A stretch of DNA of 64,000 bases from Eledone cirrhosa (Eukaryota): NCBI GenBank assembly GCA_964016885.1, contig OZ024740.1:387004001-387068000 (forward strand), in the 5' to 3' direction. Each line of letters begins with the position of its first letter. The stretch's first letter is position 1. The position numbers and the translations under genes are program-made. This document shows positions 54,333-64,000 of this stretch, piece by piece. The notes beneath the pieces were generated by a model. It was not told the origin of the DNA, did not search any database, and was given only the letters and a program-made list of their open reading frames with translations.

Positions 54333-56367
54333 TAACTTTGAATAACTTTAACTTTGAAATGTTTTGGCCAGTATTGGCCAGGCCATGTCTAACTTAATAG
54401 CACCACCTGGCGAAGTCTTTCAATTCAGGATTTGGGCACCATGGCCCATTCGAGAAGAGAATTACTGTTTGCGGAGACATATCCGGGTGTGGGTGGTTTG
54501 TCCGGGATTACTTGGAGGAATTTGTCCAAAGACTTCTTGAATTTTGTGTGGTCAGTTTCTGTTTTGACGTGTCCTGGTGTGATGTTGAAGAGAGCAGGGC
54601 CGATTGAGGTGAAATAATTGTGCCGTATTGTTGTTATGAGTTGCGATTTAGATTTTGAATGGGACGGATAGCACGGGGCCCAAGCCTTGGGTGTATCTTG
54701 AAGGCGATGCCAACATCATTTGGGCAGTGATGATGGAACATTTTCCACATCATGCAGATAATATAACGCTCACGGCGACGTTGGAGTGAGTAAAGTTTCA
54801 GGTTTTCCAATCGACCCCAGTAGTCAAGGTCTGACATGCCATCTATCTTTTTCGTGATTGCCCTTTGAGGAGCTTCAAGTTTCATGATACTTTGTTTCGT
54901 GTGGGGAGACCACAGTGGACAACAGTATTCAAGGTGTGGTCGGGCGAAAGTAGAGAAGAGAAGGATAATGGTGCGGGAATCTCTCGACTGGAAGGTTCTG
55001 AGGATCCAGGAACACATTCTGCGGGCCATGTCAACTTTGCTGCTTATATGCGTGGTCCAGCTTATGTTGCTGTCCACGGTTACTCCCAAGTCTCTGATGT
55101 TGTTAGATGCCACGAGAGTTTCCCCGGAGGGAAGGGAGTACGGGAGTTTCAGAGCATCCTCTTTTCCAAAGTGGATCAGTTCGAATTTGTCTTCGTTCAG
55201 TAACATGTTGTTCTTTTCTGCCCATTGGGTAACAGCCAGTAGGTCTGACTGAAGGCTTATCCGGTCATCCACGCCATTGATGACCTTTTGGAGCTTGGAA
55301 TCATCAGCGAAAATTTTAATGTTGCTGTGTTTGATGATGTCAGTGATGTCATTAATATAGATGATGAAGAGAAGTGGGCCCAACACAGTGCCTTGTGGGA
55401 CTCCACTACTGACTTTGGCTGGGCTTGATTTGACTCCCTCAACTACAACATGTTGGGTTCTGTTTGACAGGAAGCTCTTGATCCACTGCAGCAGCTTTCC
55501 AGTGACACCAATATTGGACAGCTTTCTCAGTAGAATGTTATGATCAACCCTGTCAAAGGCCTTGCTGAAATCAAGGTAGATAACATCAGTGTTGGAACCC
55601 TCTCCCAAGGCTCTCAAAATGTCATCAAAGTGATGCAGTAGTTGCGTCAGGCAATCCCTTCCATTACGGAATCCATGCTGGTTGGAGTTCAGCATATTGT
55701 TACTCTCAAGGAAGTGGGTCATTCGCGATCTCACCACTCGCTCAAATACCTTAATGATATGAGAGGTGAGTGAGATTGGACGGTAATTCACGGCAAGGGA
55801 TTTGTTTCCCTTTTTGAAAACTGGGACAACAGACTGGGATAGAAGGTTTTCTGGCACATATCCAGCATCCAGTGAGTTCCGCCACAGATTGGCAAGAGGA
55901 GAAGCAAGTTGGTGTTGACACGCCTTCAAGACACAAGCAGGGAACCTATCGGGACCTACTGCTGAATTATGCTTGATTTCCTTTATTGCCGCCAAGACAT
56001 CAGGGGCGCCAAACGTTATGTCCGATAAGGTGTAATGGGGAGTAACATCGCCGATACAGCCCAGATCGGCCATATCAGGATTGCTGAAAACAGAGCAGTA
56101 TTGTTTCTGCAGTATCTCACCCATGGTTTTAGCATTGTCTTGAAGAGTGCCATTTTCATCAATTAGAGGGCCAACAGTAGAGCCAGTGATTTTGTGTTTT
56201 TTTGCAAATGAAAAGAACACTTTGGGATTGAGTTTGATCTTCTCAATGGCCCAGGCCTCTTCAGCTCTTCTCTGATTGTTGATGAGGGACATTATGTTGT
56301 TTTGGAGGTTATGTTTTTTAATCTCTAGTGATGAAATGGCAGTCAATTATAAATGGCAGTCAGTTAT
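54333..56367 (-). mobile_element. 5'-truncated CR1-group LINE (RT only)
   Basis: ORF 54634-56346 with NYRPISLTS, QHGF, YLDFSKAFD, SGVPQGTVLGP, FADD, DLGV, LYSLQRRR; one base short in a T-run near 54653 relative to copy 2; tail made of CAAAGTTA-like repeats. Confidence 0.92.
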
Positions 56368-57436
56368 ATATACATATCTATATATATATACATATATACA
56401 TATCTATATATATATATACATATATACATATCTATATATATATATACATATATACATATCTATATATATATATACATATATACATATCTATATATATATA
56501 TACATATATACATATCTATATATATATATACATATATACATATCTATATATATATATACATATATACATATCTATATATATATATACATATATACATATC
56601 TATATATATATATACATATATACATATCTATATATATATATACATATATACATATCTATATATATATATACATATATACATATCTATATATATATATACA
56701 TATATACATATCTATATATATATATACATATATACATATCTTATATATATATTACATATATACATATCTATATACATATATACATATATACATATCTATA
56801 TACATATATACATATATACATATCTATATACATATATACATATCTATATATATATACATATATACATATCTATATACATATATACATATATACATATCTA
56901 TATACATATATACATATCTATATACATATATACATATCTATATACATATATACATATCTATATACATATCTATATACATATCTATATACATATCTATATA
57001 TACATATACATATCTATATATACATATACATATCTATATATACATATCTATATATATATATATACATATCTATATATATATATATACATATCTATATATA
57101 TATATACATATCTATATATATATATATACATATCTATATATATATATATATACATATCTATATATATATATATATACATATCTATATATATATATATATA
57201 CATATCTATATATATATATATATACATATCTATATATATATATACATATCTATATATATATATACATATCTATATATATATATACATATCTCTATATATA
57301 TATACATATCTATATATATATATACATATCTATATATATATATACATATCTATATATATATACATATATACATATCTATATATATATACATATCTATATA
57401 TATATATATACATATCTATATATATATATATATATA
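56368..57436. repeat. (TA/CA/TC)n microsatellite
   Basis: Direct inspection. Confidence 0.97.
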
Positions 57437-60400
57437 TTTTAATTCATTAGTCCATCCATTCGCCATTCTCTATCATTTTTTCTCCGAATCCAATCTTTGC
57501 CTTTCTACTCGATGCTCTGTCGTATTTTCCAAAACAAATCTTGTATTTTTGTTCATGCTTGTTAAATTATGCCCAAAATACGGGGATCTTATTTAAACCT
57601 TACGGAAATTTTGTATTTTTGTTTATGCTTGTTAAATTGTGCCCAAAATAAGGGGGATCTTATTTAAACTTTACCTTCTCGCTAACTACCCAACATCCCT
57701 CCCGCCTGCCCCCACGCACCTCCATTATTACCGTGAACCAATCATAAGTCAGAGGCCTATACTATCGCTTACCTGGTTGCCTTTCGATATGATGGATGAA
57801 CTACGGAATTCTTGAGAGTTGAAGAGAAAAATCTGGACGCTCAGCGACAATGCCAAAGATAAAGACAAATCCACGTCGTGGACGAGAATGCAAGCACTCC
57901 TCCTCCTTGTTTCAGCTGTGGATGGCTAACATAACCATCTCCCCCATCCCCCCCACCCTCTAAACGCAATCCAAAACTTCAGATTTGGTACCATGAACGA
58001 GGTTGTAGAAATGCTTGAACGTAAGGAGGTCGATGTTTGTTGTATTCAAGAGACCAGGTGGAAGGGTGGGTCTGCTAGATTCATCGTGGGTAAAGAATGA
58101 TGCTATAAGCTTTTCTGGGTGGGAAATGACAATGGGCTGGGTGGAGTAGGAATCATGGTAGCAGAAAAGTGGGCAGATAAGATAATAGACGTAAATAGAG
58201 TGAACGACAGAATAATTAAAATAAGACTTGTCCTCAATAGAACTACGGTGACAGTAATATCTGCGTACGCACCCTAATCCGGACTGCTCGGCACTATAAA
58301 AGACAGATTCTATGAGACACTGATGCTCACTACCTCCCAAATAACCGACAGTGACTATATAATTATTGCAGGCGACCTAAATGGTTACGTTGGACAACAT
58401 TGTGATGGCTATGACGGAATCCATGGAGGCTATGGGTTTGGTACTAGAAATGAGGAAGGCTCCAGAATCCTGGAATTCTGTGACGCAAATAACCTAACTG
58501 TCTGTAACACCAACTTCAAAAAACGAGACAATCACCTGATCACCTATAGATCAGGGGAACACACAAGCCAGGTAGATTATATCCTTACCAGGAGACGTGA
58601 CAGAGTGTCTGTTGTAAACACTAAATCCCTTCCCCATGAAGAATGCACCTCCCAACATAGACTGATAATTAGCGACCTCATAGTCAGGACGAGACGTATT
58701 CGACAACAGAAGAGGACTATCCTCAGGAGAAAAATATGGAGATTAAAGGACCCCACAGCCAGTCATAAATTTAAAAGCATATTACTTGATGTTTTTGATA
58801 GTAAGGAAGAGCAATTAGAGTCGTACAATATAGAGGAACAGTGGGAATTCCTGAAAGCAAACCTGCTGATGGCGGCAGACGAAGTCTGTGGCTGGAGCAG
58901 GCCTGTAGGCAGGAGGAGAGTAACATGGTGGTGGAACAGTAAGGTGGAGGAGTCAATTAAGGCCAAAAAGCAGGTTTGGAAAATATGGCGGGACGGGGGA
59001 AATAGAGAAGACTATCAAGTGGCCAGGAGGGAAGCTAGGAGACAAGTGTACTTCGCAAGAAGGGAAGCAGAGGAAAGAAAGTTCAAGCATGTTCTACAAC
59101 ACGAGGACCAAAAACGTGAGGTGTTCAGGATTGCTAGGCAATGTGTCAAGGAAAGCCGTGATATTGTCGGGGAGAAGTGTGTACTAAATGATGATGGCGT
59201 ACTTGCCATCACTGACACTGATAAGAAGGTAGCTTGAAAGTGTCACTACGAAAGGCTACTAAATGAGGAGAATAAATGGGAGAAAGACAGTCTCCCCCAC
59301 ATCAACCCAATAGAAGGACCAGTAGTGTTAGTCGAAGGTAGTATAATAAGTAAGGCAATCAAAGATATGAAGACGAGTAAGGCGGCTGGGGCCTTTGGAA
59401 ATAGTTGCCGAGATGCTGAAAGCCTCTGGAACGGTGGGAGACACCATGGTCACCCGGATAGTAAACCAAGTCATACAGAATGGGTTGTTCCGAAGGACTG
59501 GCATAGCAGCATCATCATTAACTGTTACAAGGGTAAAGGAGATGCCCTAGATAGGACTAACTATAGAGGCATTAAATTAATCGACCAGGTCATGAAGGTC
59601 ACGGAAAAAGTAATAGCGCAACTAATCAGAGAGAATTGATCTAGATGAAATGCAGTTCGGGTTTGTGTCAGGCAAAAGTACCACAGACGCTCTTTTCATT
59701 GTACGACAACTACAGGAGAAGTACCTAGCTAAAAGTAAACCCCTATACTTAGCTTTTGTCGACTTGGAGAAAGCCTTCGACAGAGTCCCCCGTTCCATTA
59801 TCTGGTGGGCTCTTAGAAAACTAGGTGTTGACGAATGGCTTGTGAGAGCTATACAAGCCATGTGGAAAGAAACAGTGAGCAAGGTTAGAATTAACAACGA
59901 ATATAGTGAAGAGTTTAGCGTAAAAGTTGGTGTTGATCAGGGCTCTGTTCTTAGCCCCCTACTATTTATTATTGCCCTTCAGGCTATAACAGTGGAGTTC
60001 AAGACCGGCTGCCCATGGGAACTCCTATACGCAGATGATCTAACGCTCATAGCTGAATCAATGGCCGAACTAGAGAAGAAATTCCAAACATGGAATCAAA
60101 AGGCCTTAAAATTAATCTGGCTAAGACCAAAGTTCTAGTGTGTAGGAAAGAAAACAAGGCGGCGGTCCCTTCCGGGAAGTGGCCATGCTCAGTGGTGTAG
60201 GAAAGGCGTAGGTAGAAACTCCATTTTGTGTCAGAAATGCAAAGTATGGGTGCATAAAAGATGTAGTGGGATCACATGTAAGCTAACTAAGAACATAGAT
60301 TTCACATGTGGACGGTGCTCTGGTGCAATAAGTAGCAGCAAGTGCCCAAAAAATTTTCTAGCTCTTTCAACTGCGCAGAGGGCTCTATAGAAATAGTGGA

Positions 60401-61359
60401 CATCTTCCGTTACCTGGGTGACAAAATCAGCAGTGGGGAGGGTGCTCTGAAAGTACAGTAGCTAGAGTCAGAACTGGATGGAAAAAGTTCAGAGAGCTTA
60501 TACCACTATTAGCCGCTAAAGGGTTCTCCCTAAAAATGAAAGGCAGGTTGTATGATGCCTGCATACAAACAGCAATGTTGCATGGCAGTGAGACCTGGGC
60601 ATTGTGTGCAGAGGATAAACGCAGACTAGAGAGGAACGAAGCTTGCATGCTCCGCTGGATGTGTAATAGTAATATACGTGAACGGCAAAGCATAAACGAA
60701 CTAAGGAAAAAATTATAAATAAGAGGGATCAGATGTTGTTTACTCGAGAGAAGGCTACGTTGGTATGGACACGTGATGCGCATGAAAGTCGATAGCTGTA
60801 TAACAAAGTGCAGGGCAATAAAGATAGACGGTAGCCACGGAATAGGCAGACCTAGAAAAACGTGGGACGAGCTGATAAACTCCGACCTCACACACTTGCA
60901 CCTCTCCAAGACAATGTCACTGGACCGAGACCTTTGGCGGTACTCAGTAATAGAGAAGACCCGCCTTACCTAAATACATAGTAAAACCTACTACAGTCAG
61001 TAGGCATCTCTAACAAAATACCCCCACCCCCCACCCCACCCCATCCACACCGCCCCCCTTCTATGTAAAGTTATGTTGGTGCCACACCATCCAGGCCGAA
61101 ACAAATGAGATCGTGTAGGTGTCACGACAAAAAAAAAAAAACACAGTCCACGCTGTAATGTGGCCGTGTAGGGAACACGGTAAAAACCTCCCAGTCCCAC
61201 ACTGTAAATGTGGTTGGTGTTAGGAAGGGCATCCAACTGTAGAAAACCTGCCAGACAGTCCTATGCGAGCAAGACAATCACACTTGCCTCAAGTGGGAAA
61301 ACCCCCGTCCAAACCCATGCAAGCGTGGAACACGGACGTTAAATGTTGATGATGATGAT
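57437..61359 (+). mobile_element. Full-length RTE-clade LINE with disrupted ORF
   Basis: 5' UTR with a ~70-bp tandem duplication (~57541-57675). APE remnants start at ~57970 (EVVEMLERKEVDVCCIQETRW), followed by RT fragments 58323-60973 with several stops and frameshifts, and a (GAT)n tail. Confidence 0.94.
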
Positions 61360-62067
<708 letters not shown>

Positions 62068-62134
62068 ATTATGAAGAGAGAAGAAACATTTAGATATAAT
62101 TAGTAATAACATGTATCATACCTAAACTGCTCCT

Positions 62135-62233
62135 AGATTCCTTGACTACGTAGTTTCGTGGCATAAACAAAAACAATATATCATAAAGATATAGAGTTTT
62201 TGCGAGGTCTGCCGACTTATCAAGAAGATACCT
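62135..62233 (-). ncRNA. Putative type I hammerhead ribozyme, U3-A8 core variant
   Basis: Minus strand: AGGUAUCUU(C) UUGAUAA GUCGGCA-[long hairpin]-UGCCAC GAA ACUACGUAGU C^ AAGGAAUCU. Stem III is palindromic, the cleavage triplet is GUC, and stem I pairs at 8 of 9 positions if one C is unpaired. Confidence 0.7.
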
Positions 62234-62381
62234 CATTTTACTAGTCTCAAGAACGCGTCTACACGACGTGAGAAAGAATCCCAAAAGGCGGAGCGGGAGA
62301 TAGTCACGCGATATAACGGTCGAGAAACAGAGCTAAGCCTCTTATAACCCCGAAGAAAATACCACGGAGGCGGAGGGGGTA

Positions 62382-62387
62382 TTTATA
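62382..62387 (-). promoter_or_regulatory. Candidate TATA box within the ribozyme element
   Basis: gaTATAAAtaccccc on the minus strand in GC-rich context, ~150 nt upstream of the hammerhead; function unverified. Confidence 0.3.
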
Positions 62388-62718
62388 TCGAAGCCGTAGA
62401 AGAGGTGGTGAAGGAGGCGAGAAGTATGAGAAATGGAAGCCTTTCAGCAGTCCCCACACTTCAAAGGTTGCTCGACCAGAGGGAGTTATTAACAATATAT
62501 TTAGAAACACACAGATACATGCGGACACACACATATACATGAATGCATCCGTGAGTTAAGGGTGCCAACTTCACCAATGTTGCTCAATGAATGACTGGGA
62601 CAGACTAATCTGGTTGAACTAGACTGAACCAGTATCAGAGTTAAAAATACATTATGAAGAGAGAAGAAACATTTAGATATAATTAGTAATAACATGTATC
62701 ATACCTAAACTGCTCCTA

Positions 62719-62779
62719 TATATATACATATATATATATACATATATATACATATACATATATATATACATATATATAC

Positions 62780-62816
<37 letters not shown>

Positions 62817-62817
62817 C

Positions 62818-62857
<40 letters not shown>

Positions 62858-63003
62858 ACATATATATATATACATATATATATATACATATATATATATA
62901 CATATATATATATACATATATATATATACATATATATATACATATATATATACATATATATATATACATATATATATACATATATATATACATATATATA
63001 TAC

Positions 63004-63066
<63 letters not shown>

Positions 63067-63067
63067 C

Positions 63068-63098
<31 letters not shown>

Positions 63099-63172
63099 CA
63101 TATATATATACATATATATATACATATATACATATATATATACATATATACATATATATATACATATATATA
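62719..63172. repeat. (TA/CA)n microsatellite
   Basis: Direct inspection. Confidence 0.97.
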
Positions 63173-64000
63173 TAACTTTGAATAACTTTGAAATGTTTTG
63201 GCCAGTATTGGCCCAGGCCATGTCTAACTTAATAGCACCACCTGGCGAAGTCTTTCAATTCAGGATTTGGGCACCATGGCCCATTCGAGAAGAGAATTAC
63301 TGTTTGCGGAGACATATCCGGGTGTGGGTGGTTTGTCCGGGATTACTTGGAGGAATTTGTCCAAAGACTTCTTGAATTTTGTGTGGTCAGTTTCTGTTTT
63401 GACGTGTCCTGGTGTGATGTTGAAGAGAGCAGGGCCGATTGAGGTGAAATAATTGTGCCGTATTGTTGTTATGAGTTGCGATTTAGATTTTTGAATGGGA
63501 CGGATAGCACGGGGCCCAAGCCTTGGGTGTATCTTGAAGGCGATGCCAACATCATTTGGGCAGTGATGATGGAACATTTTCCACATCATGCAGATAATAT
63601 AACGCTCACGGCGACGTTGGAGTGAGTAAAGTTTCAGGTTTTCCAATCGACCCCAGTAGTCAAGGTCTGACATGCCATCTATCTTTTTCGTGATTGCCCT
63701 TTGAGGAGCTTCAAGTTTCATGATACTTTGTTTCGTGTGGGGAGACCACAGTGGACAACAGTATTCAAGGTGTGGTCGGGCGAAAGTAGAGAAGAGAAGG
63801 ATAATGGTGCGGGAATCTCTCGACTGGAAGGTTCTGAGGATCCAGGAACACATTCTGCGGGCCATGTCAACTTTGCTGCTTATATGCGTGGTCCAGCTTA
63901 TGTTGCTGTCCACGGTTACTCCCAAGTCTCTGATGTTGTTAGATGCCACGAGAGTTTCCCCGGAGGGAAGGGAGTACGGGAGTTTCAGAGCATCCTCTTT
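63173..64000 (-). mobile_element. Second copy of the CR1-group LINE (3' part, runs off the window)
   Basis: Nearly identical to 54333-55165; ORF 63260-63949 is open through the native C-terminus ...[26 protein letters not shown]. Confidence 0.93.

Larger units (their letters stand above)
62068..62718 (-). mobile_element. 651-bp non-coding element with perfect 68-bp direct terminal repeats (583-bp unit); retrozyme / Penelope pLTR-like
   Basis: attatgaagagagaagaaac...cctaaactgctccta occurs at both 62068-62135 and 62651-62718; TA tracts on both sides; contains a hammerhead fold. Confidence 0.8.

Noticed and set aside
57766-57800. Minus-strand ...SKGNQ|GTAAG as arginase exon 1
   Set aside because: It lies inside the RTE 5' UTR and lacks the G(I/V)PFxxGQ pattern.
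17436-60909. Antisense ORFs overlapping the LINE ORFs (e.g. 17436-17936, 40345-40974, 60427-60909)
   Set aside because: Shadow frames of the RT coding strand, with no recognisable domains.

Overview
AT-rich eukaryotic genomic DNA, most likely an octopod cephalopod (inferred from tRNA-derived SINEs resembling octopus OK/OR families and the RTE LINE content). Two small minus-strand coding exons of an arginase gene lie at 12392-12464 and 9253-9359. I could not find the other exons, so almost the whole window is probably intronic. 1-24 kb holds old SINEs, MITEs and decayed RTE fragments. 24.3-30.6 kb is a 32-bp minisatellite with a SINE insertion and a 1280-bp higher-order duplication. 33.8-64 kb is a large (TA/CA/TC)n microsatellite field punctuated by seven insertions: an intact full-length RTE LINE with a PHD-type finger inside its RT, a full-length Tx1/L1-clade LINE, a disrupted full-length RTE, two near-identical CR1-group LINE 3' parts, a ~610-bp non-coding element, and a 651-bp non-coding element. 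The 651-bp element is the best novelty candidate. It has perfect 68-bp direct terminal repeats and a type I hammerhead-ribozyme fold with a U3-A8 variant core, whose predicted cleavage site registers with the element's end (retrozyme / Penelope pLTR-like). A second candidate is a long-range 5'-UTR helix with compensatory changes shared by two divergent RTE subfamilies. Family names and ribozyme activity come from manual pattern recognition, not database searches or experiments.
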